Assembly: GCA_905201055.1 (NCBI GenBank) | Contig: CAJKMT010000002.1 | Span: 723 to 64,722, forward strand | Length of the DNA: 64,000 nt | Direction: 5' to 3' | Source of the DNA: an uncultured Sutterella sp. | GTDB lineage: Bacteria > Pseudomonadota > Gammaproteobacteria > Burkholderiales > Burkholderiaceae_F | Shown here: piece by piece, positions 20,735-30,176 of the stretch | Layout: the number at the start of each line of letters is the position of its first letter | Position numbering within the stretch: position 1 is the stretch's first letter | The notes under the pieces: generated by a model | What the model saw: the letters and a program-made list of their open reading frames with translations, nothing else | Databases searched by the model: none | Told to the model about the DNA's origin: nothing | Translations under genes and position numbers: made by a program

Positions 20735-21181
20735 ATGAAACGGAGAAACTTTTTGGCGGCGATGCTCTTTTGCGCGATCGCTCCAGTTGGGGTAGTCAAA
20801 GCCGCCTCTGATTTAAGGCTCAGTTTTGAAGAAATGTACGAGGGTAACCCCATTTTGGGGCTGCAGTTCAGTCAAAAGCTCAAGTCGTTTGCCGATAAAA
20901 CGGTGTCCGTTGAAGGCTTTATGGCGCCGCCCTTAAAACCTGAAGCGGATTTTTTGGTGATGACCCGAGAACCCGTAAGTCTTTGCCCGTTTTGCAACAG
21001 CGATCAGGACTGGCCTGACAATATCATTGTGGTCTATTTAAGTAAGAAGCAGGAATTTGTTCAGCCCAATTGTCCGATTGTGGTTACGGGTCGCCTTGAG
21101 CTTGGATCGTTTACCGACAAAGAGACCGGCTTTGTGAGTTTGGTGCGGCTTGTTGATGCCACGTTTGAGGTGGTGAAATGA
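20735..21181 (+). CDS. Tat-exported small protein with a CxxC motif, DUF3299-like
   Basis: Twin-arginine signal MKRRNFL; VSVEGFMAPPL...FLVM...LCPFC...WPDNIIVV...VTGRL; stop overlaps next start (ATGA). Confidence 0.65.
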   Translation: MKRRNFLAAMLFCAIAPVGVVKAASDLRLSFEEMYEGNPILGLQFSQKLKSFADKTVSVEGFMAPPLKPEADFLVMTREPVSLCPFCNSDQDWPDNIIVVYLSKKQEFVQPNCPIVVTGRLELGSFTDKETGFVSLVRLVDATFEVVK

Positions 21182-21861
21182 GCGCAGACTTCGATCTCAA
21201 GCTCGATCATGTCGCCTATCAGGTAAAAGACGGCGTTAGCACTCGTACGATTCTGTCCATTGATGATCTTTCCATCCAAGCCGGAGAAGTTTTGGGTCTT
21301 CGAGGGGCTTCCGGCAGCGGAAAATCCACTTTTTTGAAAATCATCAGCGGGATTGTGACGCCGCAGCGGGGAAGGGTTACTTGGGGCGATCTGTGTTTGA
21401 ATGCGCAAAGTGAATCTGCCCGTGATGACTGGCGTGGGGAAAACTGCGGTTTTTTATTCCAGGATTTTCGGCTCTTTGGCGGTTTGAGCGCACTTGAAAA
21501 TGTACTTTTGCCCTTAACCTTCAGGGGAAAAATTACGTCACGTGACCGTGCTCGCGCTGAAAAAATACTCCAAGGCTATAGGGTGCCCGCGCAAACGCTT
21601 GCGGCTTATTTATCAAGAGGTGAAATGCAGCGTACAGCGCTTGTCCGCGTGCTTATCAGTTCTCCTAAAGTGATTCTTGCAGATGAACCCACGGCAAGCC
21701 TTGATTTCAATAACGCCATGCGCGTGATGGACGCGTTGATTGAAGCGGCTTTTCATCTGAAAGCGACACTTTTGGTTGTGACGCATGACTCGCAAATGCT
21801 CAAACGCTTTCACCGGGTGCTCACTATTGAAAACGGAACCATTCGGGGAGCAGGACTATGA
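21178..21861 (+). CDS. ABC transporter ATP-binding protein (LolD/MacB-like)
   Basis: GASGSGKST, FLFQDFRL, signature LSRGEMQR, ILADEPTASLD, VTHD. Confidence 0.92.
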   Translation: MSADFDLKLDHVAYQVKDGVSTRTILSIDDLSIQAGEVLGLRGASGSGKSTFLKIISGIVTPQRGRVTWGDLCLNAQSESARDDWRGENCGFLFQDFRLFGGLSALENVLLPLTFRGKITSRDRARAEKILQGYRVPAQTLAAYLSRGEMQRTALVRVLISSPKVILADEPTASLDFNNAMRVMDALIEAAFHLKATLLVVTHDSQMLKRFHRVLTIENGTIRGAGL

Positions 21862-23075
21862 GAGCGCTTTTGTTTTTGAAAAACGAGTGCCTGCAGTCTT
21901 TCAAAATTTTGTGTTCGCTTGCCTGCATTTTGGCGCTTGCTTTATCTATTGCCACAGCGATCGGACAGACCGAAAGGATGATTAAATCCTCAAGCGCGAA
22001 GGCTGCCGAACAGTTTGATATTTTGGTGGGTGCGAAAGGTAGCCGCACTTCGCTTTTACTCTCAACGGTTTACCTGCGCGATGAAATGATTTCGCTCACG
22101 CCTGCATCCGCCTTGAATGTCTTAAAAAAATACGACGGCGTGAAGTGGTTTGCGCCTTTGACCTTCGGTGACCGAGTGGGAGATTCGCCGCTCGTGGGTA
22201 CCACGCGCACGTTTGTGACATTGGACGGCGAGCGAGTGCTTCATAAGGGCAGAGAATTTGCTGCCCGAGACGAAGCGGTCGTGGGGATTCATTCCGGGCT
22301 TCAATTAGGTGAAACGGTTTATCCGCATCACGGCAGAATTTCAGGCGTCGGCCACAAACACGAAAACGGCTTTAAGGTAGTGGGCATCTTACCTCAAACG
22401 GGCACGCCTTGGGATCGGTCGGTTTTGGTGCCGATTGAGTCCATTTGGGCCATGCATGAAAAAGGAAAGCATGTAGAGCCAAAGAGAATTGAATCTTGGC
22501 TTAAAGCCTCTGATTTTTCTCACCTTGCGGGATTTTCTGCGATTGCTGTAAAACCGGTTTCAATTTCAGATGCCTATAAGATCCGACAAGGATTGTCGTC
22601 CGCTTCTGTTAATGACGCAAAAGGGCAGGTGGTTAACCTAATGGCGATTTTCACGGGCGAAGTGCTTGTTGAACTGTATGCCACGCTTGATTCTGCCATG
22701 ACCGCTTTTGAATGGTTTGCAGCGAGTTCCGTTTTGATTTCACTTTTGGCGGTATTAATTACGGGTTTCATTTTGGGTGAACTCCGTAAACCTCAATTTC
22801 TGCAACTCAGAACAATGGGAGCACCACGCGGTTATGTAATGCAGGTGGTTTGGTTATTGATTATGTCGGTTGTGTTAAGCGGCGTTGTGATGGGGCTTAT
22901 GGGCGGTTGGGGTTTGGCTCAGATCGCTGCGGTTTTCATCGCGCGTGACACCGGTATTGCCATGACGCCGGTGATTGGCCTGCAAGAACTTCAGGTGGGT
23001 GTCGTGACGCTTGTGCTTGGTGCGATTTTTGCAATTTTGCCTGCGCTTAAAGTGGGACATTCACAATTGCGTTAA
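21858..23075 (+). CDS. FtsX/MacB-like ABC permease with a His-rich periplasmic domain
   Basis: One TM + large periplasmic loop (DILVGAKGS, APLTFGD, PHHG..GHKH, TGTPWDR) + three C-terminal TM with LRTMGA. Confidence 0.85.
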   Translation: MRALLFLKNECLQSFKILCSLACILALALSIATAIGQTERMIKSSSAKAAEQFDILVGAKGSRTSLLLSTVYLRDEMISLTPASALNVLKKYDGVKWFAPLTFGDRVGDSPLVGTTRTFVTLDGERVLHKGREFAARDEAVVGIHSGLQLGETVYPHHGRISGVGHKHENGFKVVGILPQTGTPWDRSVLVPIESIWAMHEKGKHVEPKRIESWLKASDFSHLAGFSAIAVKPVSISDAYKIRQGLSSASVNDAKGQVVNLMAIFTGEVLVELYATLDSAMTAFEWFAASSVLISLLAVLITGFILGELRKPQFLQLRTMGAPRGYVMQVVWLLIMSVVLSGVVMGLMGGWGLAQIAAVFIARDTGIAMTPVIGLQELQVGVVTLVLGAIFAILPALKVGHSQLR

Positions 23076-23179
23076 GACGTCATGAGGAATTCACGCTCCT
23101 GAGACCGAATATTCATTTTGTAATCGCACAATAGGGTTGCCGTTTGGGCAACCTTATCGTTTTTAGAGCAGAGGAAGAA

Positions 23180-24283
23180 ATGAGTACCTTGTCTCGTCGA
23201 AATTTTTTGCATGGCAGCGCTCTAGTCGGTGTGTCTGTGGCCGCCGCTGCGATGACCCCGATGGCCGCTGCCGCGGTCGCTCCGAAAAAGTGCCGCACTG
23301 TGAGTGAGGTGTTTTCCATGTCGGAAGTGGACATGGCTAAAAATAGCGAAGTAGTGCAATCGGCATACGACACGATTGTGAAGTCGGTAAAGAAAATTCA
23401 TAATCCGTCGCTTCGTTCAACCGTTCTGAATATTATTCAAAATCCTGCGCCCACGATCGTCAGAGGTGATGAAGCGGCCATTATGGCCTCGCTTAAAAAA
23501 GCCGGGCTTTTAAACGTCAACGCCAAGAGCGTTTTCCCGCGCATTGAGGATAAAACGCGTTCGCCTCAGCCTTTCTGGAGCGCGCCGGGCTCGGGCTACG
23601 GCTCTCACCACGCCTATCCAGGCGGCTTGGCAACGCACACCGCTTTAAATGTTGTCTCGGCTGAAGCGCTCTACGAAAACTACCGCCACATCAACAATCT
23701 CGAGCTGGATTGGGACGATGCCGTGGGCGGTGAAATCCTTCACGACTTGCATAAGCCCTGGGTTTTCCAATGGGAAAAGGATCACTCCTGCCGTGTTGAA
23801 CAAAGCTTGGCCGGTACCGGTGAGCACCATGTGCTGAGCATTGCGGAATCCATCAAGCGCGGTCTTCCTTCCTCGTTTGTGGTGGCTCAGGCCTGCGCGC
23901 ACGATCATCCTTCCTCAAAACAAGGCGAAGCGCTTGTGGTGGGGTGGCTTAAGGCTGCTTCGATTATCGCAGGTGTCGATCCGGTTTTGCATGGCTTGAT
24001 TGCGCCGGACGGAAAGACTCTGCCGTTACCGCGCCGCATGGAAGGCTACGTGGTGCACTTGGCTGACCACGATTGGGTGATTTCTTCGTCAGCTTGTCAA
24101 TGGTCTGTGCAAGCGCTTAAAGAACTTGCTCAAGAACAATATGGCATCACTGAAGCCGCAAAATTCAATGCTTTTAGAAATTACGTTTTGGCCAATCTTA
24201 CGGCCATGCGTCTTTACGGTATCCTAAGCGCTCAGGGTCGCAAGGCGTTTGCAGCTGCCGTCGCACGTGTCATTAAGCTCTAA
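23180..24283 (+). CDS. Tat-exported HD-domain phosphohydrolase
   Basis: ATG 23180 after GAGGA; SRRNFL Tat motif; HHAYPGGLATH, ILHDLHK, EHH, AHDH, HLADHD. Confidence 0.85.
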   Translation: MSTLSRRNFLHGSALVGVSVAAAAMTPMAAAAVAPKKCRTVSEVFSMSEVDMAKNSEVVQSAYDTIVKSVKKIHNPSLRSTVLNIIQNPAPTIVRGDEAAIMASLKKAGLLNVNAKSVFPRIEDKTRSPQPFWSAPGSGYGSHHAYPGGLATHTALNVVSAEALYENYRHINNLELDWDDAVGGEILHDLHKPWVFQWEKDHSCRVEQSLAGTGEHHVLSIAESIKRGLPSSFVVAQACAHDHPSSKQGEALVVGWLKAASIIAGVDPVLHGLIAPDGKTLPLPRRMEGYVVHLADHDWVISSSACQWSVQALKELAQEQYGITEAAKFNAFRNYVLANLTAMRLYGILSAQGRKAFAAAVARVIKL

Positions 24284-24285
24284 TC

Positions 24286-24356
24286 ATCGGGTTGGTGACG
24301 GGATATAACCGTCTCCACCCAGAACACCGTACGTGCGACTCCGCACACGGCGTGTC
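24286..24356 (-). mobile_element. Group II intron 3' remnant (domains V and VI)
   Basis: Minus strand ACGCCGTGTGCG-gagt-CGCACGTACGGTGT (DV with CGC triad and bulge), then GGGTGGAGACGG-ttatatc-CCGTCACCAACCC (DVI with bulged A), ending GAT. No RT ORF nearby. Confidence 0.78.
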
Positions 24357-24621
24357 ATTTAGGCAATCTACTGAAGTTTGAGAGAATACTATACAACCGA
24401 AAAAGCAGAGCATTCGGAATACTTAACATCGAATTGAACCATGCGAAACAAATTGAACTGCCTAGTTCTAGCTTTTTCAGACAATATTAATAAGTATTTA
24501 GCGATATCCACCGCAGCGCTGTCTTTCTTAAAACAAATCCCCTGAAAGTTTTTCTCCTAAGGTACAATCCAAAAACCTATAATCAAGGTAGGACAACAAT
24601 AAATATTTCGTGAGCCACACT

Positions 24622-25083
24622 ATGAAAAAAACACTCATGATGACCGCCGTTATGGCTTTATCTCTCGGTTTTACAACTTTGACTCCCGCCTCGGCCGCAC
24701 CGGTCGGCGCCCCTCCGCAAATTAGTGAAAACGATGCTCAAACGGCTCAAGATCAGGTGCGCACCCCTCGCCGCGCCAGTAACTATGACAAGGCTAGCCA
24801 GAAAGCTCGCCAACACGAGGTCAACCCCGATTTGGCTCCGAGCGACGCCGACTACGCCAAAGCGCGTCAGGACCGTGCTCAGGGCAAAGTAAAGCGTCCC
24901 TCTCAAAACACGGAAATTGAAACGGTTCGTGACCAAAACAACCGCATTACCGAATACGTTGTGACACCGGGCAGCACCAAGATCCCCTACTCGATTGAAA
25001 ACCGCTCCGAACGTCCCAACGCCAATCCGGGTCACAGCAAAGATACGCTTGGAACCCCAAAATTCATCAATTTCGGGTTCTAA
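24622..25083 (+). CDS. Secreted protein, DUF2782-like C-terminus
   Basis: Sec signal ending PASA; C-terminal RITEYVVTPG..IPY pattern; location next to a BPSS1780-family gene. Confidence 0.6.
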   Translation: MKKTLMMTAVMALSLGFTTLTPASAAPVGAPPQISENDAQTAQDQVRTPRRASNYDKASQKARQHEVNPDLAPSDADYAKARQDRAQGKVKRPSQNTEIETVRDQNNRITEYVVTPGSTKIPYSIENRSERPNANPGHSKDTLGTPKFINFGF

Positions 25084-25086
25084 GGC

Positions 25087-25857
25087 ATGCAGGGTCATAT
25101 CGCCACTTTTTCCTCACCGATCAAATGGCTCCGTGAGGGCTTGAGCGCTGTGCGCCAAGCCCCTTTCGGTATGGTGAGTATCTGTATCTTTTACGTCTTT
25201 ACGATGTCGCTTTTGGGCGCGCTGCCCGTCGTCGGTCTTGTGATTGCCGCGTTTTTCATGCCCTTTGGCACGATGCTCGTTTTAAACGGCACGCGTCAGG
25301 CAAGCGAGGGTCGACAGCCCGCATACGGCATTTTGGCAGACTTATTTAAAAATCCGCTTTTGCGCTCGCGCCTTATGAATATCGGCGCTATCTACTCGAT
25401 ATTCATTATCGTGGCCAATTACGCTTATATATTTCTGGCGGTGGATCAAGTCAGCCAATGGGAAATCATTGACGGGCGCTTAAATTGGAATTCAGTTTTA
25501 GAGCATTTTCCGTGGACTGCCGCCATTGTCACCGTCATTGTCTATGCGGCAGGTCAAATGGCCACCTGGTTTTCGCCGGCCCTGGTGACATTGAAAAACA
25601 TGCCCGTCGGTAAGGCAACGTTTTATTCATTTTTCGGCTGCTTAAGAAACTGGCTGCCGATATTGATTTTGCTTGTCATTATTTTCGGCGTGACTGTTTT
25701 CGGTGCCTATGTCCTGATTGTTTTGACAGAAACCTTAGGCATCGGTGATTATTCGCTCTTTTTCCTGACGCCTCTGGCCTTTTTTATCACCACTGTAGCC
25801 TACAGCACCATTTGGCCGATGTGGGTTGATATTTTCGGTGATGTAAGCGAAAACTGA
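25087..25857 (+). CDS. BPSS1780-family membrane protein
   Basis: WLREG N-terminus, MATWFSPALV, KATFYSFFGCLRNW, multiple TM. Confidence 0.8.
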   Translation: MQGHIATFSSPIKWLREGLSAVRQAPFGMVSICIFYVFTMSLLGALPVVGLVIAAFFMPFGTMLVLNGTRQASEGRQPAYGILADLFKNPLLRSRLMNIGAIYSIFIIVANYAYIFLAVDQVSQWEIIDGRLNWNSVLEHFPWTAAIVTVIVYAAGQMATWFSPALVTLKNMPVGKATFYSFFGCLRNWLPILILLVIIFGVTVFGAYVLIVLTETLGIGDYSLFFLTPLAFFITTVAYSTIWPMWVDIFGDVSEN

Positions 25858-25864
25858 TCTTTCC

Positions 25865-25909
25865 AAAAAAAAACTCGGTCGGGACGAAAATTCCTGACCG
25901 AGTTTTTTT
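25865..25909. terminator. Bidirectional terminator
   Basis: A-run-CTCGGTCGGGA-cgaaaat-TCCTGACCGAG-T7 between convergent genes. Confidence 0.9.
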
Positions 25910-25930
25910 GTTCGTAAAACGACTTTGGCT

Positions 25931-26158
25931 CTACTTATGCTCAATGTAGTGATGCCACTCTTCGTTCACTTTGTCCTGAGCAAGGACCTTGTGACCGGTT
26001 TGACTGGCAAACTGAGCCAAATCCGCGACGCTTGCCGGATCGGTAGCCAAAACCAAAAGCACCTCTCCGGTTTGCATCTTTGCCAAAGCCTTTTTCGTCT
26101 TTAGCACCGGCATGGGGCACTTGGTGCCCCTTGTGTCGATCTGCTGATCAAACCGCAT
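25931..26158 (-). CDS. tusA: TusA/SirA-family sulfur carrier
   Basis: IDTRGTKCPMPVLKTKKAL, ATDP; 75 aa. Confidence 0.85.
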   Translation of the reverse strand: MRFDQQIDTRGTKCPMPVLKTKKALAKMQTGEVLLVLATDPASVADLAQFASQTGHKVLAQDKVNEEWHHYIEHK

Positions 26159-26160
26159 GC

Positions 26161-28782
26161 TTATTTGTCCTGAAGGAAAGCTTCGACGCTAGCCAAGGCT
26201 TCAGCCAAACCGTCAGCCTTGGGGGCACCGGCCATCGCCAAATCGGGCTTGCCGCCGCCCTTGCCACCCATCTTGGAAGCGACAAAGCCAGCCAACTCTC
26301 CGGCCTTCACACGGCTCACTAAAGACTTGGCGACGCCGGCTACGATCTGCACCTTGCCGTCGTTGACGCTTGCCAATACCACAATGGAGTCACCCAATTG
26401 GTTGCGAAGATCTTCAGCCATCGAGCGAAGAGCCTTTGCTTCAATACCTTCGACCTTCGTGACAAGAAGCTTGTAGCCATTGAAATCCTTGGCTGAAGCC
26501 ACAAGGGTAGAAGCAGTCATTTGGGCAATCTTTTCCTTCAGACGCGTGACTTCTTTTTCCAGGCTCTTAACCGTATCAAACACGGCATGAGCTTTTTCCG
26601 TCACCACATCAACCGGAGACTTCAAAGCCGCACAAACTTCACGAATCGTGTTTTCTTCTTTGCGCGTAAAGGCAACCACGTTCATGCCGGTCGTGACTTC
26701 TACACGACGGATACCGGCGGCAATAGCAGATTCGCTCAAAATCTTGAAAGAACCAATATCGCCTGTGCGGCTCACATGCGTGCCGCCGCAAAGTTCACAC
26801 GACGGGCCGATCTTCACCACACGCACGGTTTCACCGTACTTTTCACCAAAGAGCATCAACGCGCCCGTCTTCTTGGCTTCTTCAATCGGCATTTCCTGAA
26901 CCGTCACTTCAGCATTGCCCAAAATTTCACGGTTCACGATATCTTCAACTTCGTGGATTTGTTCAAGCGTCATGGCTTCGGTGTGCGTGAAGTCAAAACG
27001 CGTCACATCGGGGCCGCCCCAAGAGCCGCGCTGCTGAACATGATCACCCAACACCTGGCGCAGACCGTACTGCAGCAAGTGAGCCACAGAGTGGTTGCGG
27101 CGGATGCTTTCACGACGTTCGGCATCAACTGTGACGTCAAACACATCACCCACCTTCACGTGACCTTCTTCAACGTGAGCATGGTGACCGGTCACCTTGG
27201 CCTTGATCTTTTGAGTGTCAATCACACGGACAATCGAGGTGTCATTCTTCATCACACCGGTATCGCCCACCTGACCGCCGCTTTCCCCATAGAAGGGAGT
27301 CGTATCAAGAACGACAACGCAGTCTTCACCGGCAGGCACTTCTTCAACCTGTTCACCGTCCAGATACAAGGCAATAACCTTGCAGTCATTGTGAGCGGTT
27401 TCAGAATATCCCGTAAAGGTCGTATCCACGCCGTTATATTCGAGGCCTGCGGCCATCTTGAATTTGGCACTGGCGCGAGCCTTATCACGCTGCTCTTGCA
27501 TTGCGGCATCAAAACCGTCCATATCAACGGTCATGTTGCGTTCACGGCAAACGTCTGCCGTCAAGTCAACCGGGAAGCCGTAGGTGTCGTGCAGCTTAAA
27601 GGCAACCTTTCCGTCCAACACACCGTTTGTCGTTTCCGCAATAGCCTCTTCGAGCATCTGCATGCCCTGAGAGAGCGTCTGAGCAAAACGTTCTTCTTCC
27701 TTAGCCAGAATCGTCTTAATCTTGGGATTCTTGATTTCGGGATAAGCGTCGCCCATTTCAGCGACGACGGCATCCACCAAACCGGCAAAGAAGGGCTTGC
27801 GGGCACCGAGCTTGTAGCCGTGACGAATGGCGCGGCGGCAAATACGGCGAAGCACATAAGCGCGGCCTTCGTTGCCCGGCAAAATGCCGTCAGCCACAGA
27901 GAACGTGCAGGCACGAATGTGGTCAGCGATCACCTTAAGCGACGGGCTTGTCGGATCCACATCGGTAGCACCGGCTTCTTCAACCGCTTTTTTGACGGCT
28001 GCCAACAGGTTCTTGAAGAGGTCGATATCGTAGTTGCTGTGCACGTGCTGCAAAACGGCGGCAATACGTTCCAAACCCATACCGGTATCCACGGAAGGCT
28101 TCGGCAGCTTGTGCATCACACCGCTTTCATCGCGGTTAAACTGCATGAACACGAGGTTCCAAATTTCAATGTAGCGGTCGCCGTCTTCATCGGGGCTTCC
28201 CGGAGGGCCGCCTTGAACTTCTTCACCATGGTCATAGAAAATTTCAGAGCAAGGACCGCAGGGACCGGTCTCGCCCATCATCCAGAAGTTATCGGACATG
28301 TAGCGGGCGCCTTTGTTATCACCGATACGCACGATGCGTTCAGCGGGCACACCGACTTCTTTGTTCCAAATGTCAAAAGCTTCGTCATCTTCGGCGTAGA
28401 CCGTTACCCAGAGTTTTTCGGGAGGAAGGTGGAAGTGCTGTGTCAAGAGTTCCCAAGCGTTTTTGATGGCGTCGCGCTTGAAGTAGTCACCGAAACTGAA
28501 GTTACCCAACATTTCAAAGAATGTGTGGTGACGTGCGGTGTAACCGACGTTATCCAAGTCGTTGTGCTTGCCGCCTGCGCGGATGCACTTCTGAGCAGTC
28601 GTTGCGCGGGTATAGGGGCGCTTATCAAAACCGAGGAAAACGTCCTTAAATTGATTCATGCCCGCGTTCGTGAAGAGCAACGTCGGATCGTTGCCGGGAA
28701 CCACCGGGCTGGAATGCACAATCGTATGACCTTTGCTTTCGAAAAACTTCAAAAAGGTCTCGCGAATTTGCGAAGTCTTCAT
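26161..28782 (-). CDS. alaS: Alanine--tRNA ligase
   Basis: [37 protein letters not shown], editing motifs NHSVAH and ELCGGTHV; start ATG 28782. Confidence 0.98.
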   Translation of the reverse strand: MKTSQIRETFLKFFESKGHTIVHSSPVVPGNDPTLLFTNAGMNQFKDVFLGFDKRPYTRATTAQKCIRAGGKHNDLDNVGYTARHHTFFEMLGNFSFGDYFKRDAIKNAWELLTQHFHLPPEKLWVTVYAEDDEAFDIWNKEVGVPAERIVRIGDNKGARYMSDNFWMMGETGPCGPCSEIFYDHGEEVQGGPPGSPDEDGDRYIEIWNLVFMQFNRDESGVMHKLPKPSVDTGMGLERIAAVLQHVHSNYDIDLFKNLLAAVKKAVEEAGATDVDPTSPSLKVIADHIRACTFSVADGILPGNEGRAYVLRRICRRAIRHGYKLGARKPFFAGLVDAVVAEMGDAYPEIKNPKIKTILAKEEERFAQTLSQGMQMLEEAIAETTNGVLDGKVAFKLHDTYGFPVDLTADVCRERNMTVDMDGFDAAMQEQRDKARASAKFKMAAGLEYNGVDTTFTGYSETAHNDCKVIALYLDGEQVEEVPAGEDCVVVLDTTPFYGESGGQVGDTGVMKNDTSIVRVIDTQKIKAKVTGHHAHVEEGHVKVGDVFDVTVDAERRESIRRNHSVAHLLQYGLRQVLGDHVQQRGSWGGPDVTRFDFTHTEAMTLEQIHEVEDIVNREILGNAEVTVQEMPIEEAKKTGALMLFGEKYGETVRVVKIGPSCELCGGTHVSRTGDIGSFKILSESAIAAGIRRVEVTTGMNVVAFTRKEENTIREVCAALKSPVDVVTEKAHAVFDTVKSLEKEVTRLKEKIAQMTASTLVASAKDFNGYKLLVTKVEGIEAKALRSMAEDLRNQLGDSIVVLASVNDGKVQIVAGVAKSLVSRVKAGELAGFVASKMGGKGGGKPDLAMAGAPKADGLAEALASVEAFLQDK

Positions 28783-28938
28783 AATTAGTCTCTTTTTATA
28801 AAAATAGATTTCTCCGAGTTTTTCCAATTCGGAGAGTGAATTGGTTAATTCTAGTCGTTTTTGTTACACATGGGGGTTTAGAGCTTGGATAGATAGGCGT
28901 ATGCTAGAAGAACCAATTGTTTTCAGGAGCAAGAAGCC

Positions 28939-30108
28939 ATGCGCGAAGAAACGTTACTAGTTCATGGCGGCGGAAAAATTGCCGACGACTACGACTTTGT
29001 CAATCCGCCCGTCATTCGGGCCTCAACAGTTTTGCACCGTTCTGCCAAAGATATGTTTGATCGCGCCATGCACGAGCGCGACATGATTGAGGACAAAATC
29101 CCGTACGCCACCTACGGCTCCCCCACTCATCACGCTTTCTACAAAGCACTGTGTGCGCTCGAAGGCCCCAAAGCCGCAGGCGCCTGGGCTTTTCCCTCGG
29201 GGCTTGCAGCCTGCACGGTTCCCCTGCTTGCCTTTTTAAAGGCGGGCGACCATGCCCTGTTTATTGACACCATCTATGGACCGACGCGGGAATTTGCCGA
29301 AGAAATTCTGCGCCGCATGGGCGTTGAGGTGGAATTTTTCCCACCCTCAATCGGCGCTGACATTGTTAAGCACATCAAACCGAATACGACGCTTTTAATG
29401 CTCGAGACACCGGGCTCTCACACGTTTGAAATGCCAGACGTTCCCGCCATCGCCAAAGTCTGCCGCGAGCACAATATTGTGAGTGTTATCGATAACACGT
29501 GGGCAACATCGCTCTTTTTTAAACCGCTTGAGGTCGGCATCAATGTCGTTATCCACGCAGCCACTAAATACATAGGCGGTCACTCCGACCTTACGATGGG
29601 GGTTGTGATCTGCGATGAGCAAACGTGGCCCAAAGCCTACCGCACGATAGTTCAAACCGGACAAACCACGAGCTGCGATGATATCTATCTTGCCTATCGG
29701 GGTCTTCGATCCATGGCTTGCCGCGTAAAAGCAGCCTCTGAGAGTACAAAAAAGATTGTTGACTGGCTTTTGACTCGAGAGGAAGTTGAACGCGTTTTGT
29801 GGCCTGCACTTCCAACCGATCCGTCTTATCCAATCTGGAAGCGAGACTTCAAAGGCGCGACTTCGCTTTTCGGCGTGATGTTCAAAGAGCGCTATGCCAA
29901 TAAGCTCGCACCGATGATTGATGCGCTTCAAATTTTCGGGCGAGGTTATTCTTGGGGCGGTTACGAAAGTCTGTTGATCCAAAGCTACGGCACCCGAACA
30001 AAAACTCCGATGCCCTTTGAACGAATGATCCGCATTGCCGTGGGGCTTGAAAATCCGGACGACCTCATCGCTGATCTTGAACAAGCCTTCAGTAGGCTTG
30101 CGCAATAA
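28939..30108 (+). CDS. metC: Cystathionine beta-lyase
   Basis: VNPPVIRASTV, PSGLAA, ETPGS, IDNTW, AATKYIGGHSD, SWGGYESL. Confidence 0.88.
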   Translation: MREETLLVHGGGKIADDYDFVNPPVIRASTVLHRSAKDMFDRAMHERDMIEDKIPYATYGSPTHHAFYKALCALEGPKAAGAWAFPSGLAACTVPLLAFLKAGDHALFIDTIYGPTREFAEEILRRMGVEVEFFPPSIGADIVKHIKPNTTLLMLETPGSHTFEMPDVPAIAKVCREHNIVSVIDNTWATSLFFKPLEVGINVVIHAATKYIGGHSDLTMGVVICDEQTWPKAYRTIVQTGQTTSCDDIYLAYRGLRSMACRVKAASESTKKIVDWLLTREEVERVLWPALPTDPSYPIWKRDFKGATSLFGVMFKERYANKLAPMIDALQIFGRGYSWGGYESLLIQSYGTRTKTPMPFERMIRIAVGLENPDDLIADLEQAFSRLAQ

Positions 30109-30125
30109 TTCTTTTATTCAGCAAA

Positions 30126-30158
30126 AACCGGCTTAAGTTGAGAGGACCTAAGCCGGTT
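30126..30158. terminator. Terminator between convergent metC and hemN
   Basis: AACCGGCTTA...TAAGCCGGTT. Confidence 0.75.
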
Positions 30159-30176
30159 ATTTAATGCAGTTCTTAA

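Noticed and set aside
24357..24600. Maturase/RT remnant upstream of the intron fragment
   Set aside because: No long ORF or YADD-like motif recognised.
26521..28788. 755-aa ORF on the + strand
   Set aside because: Antisense shadow of alaS caused by codon bias; no recognisable motifs.
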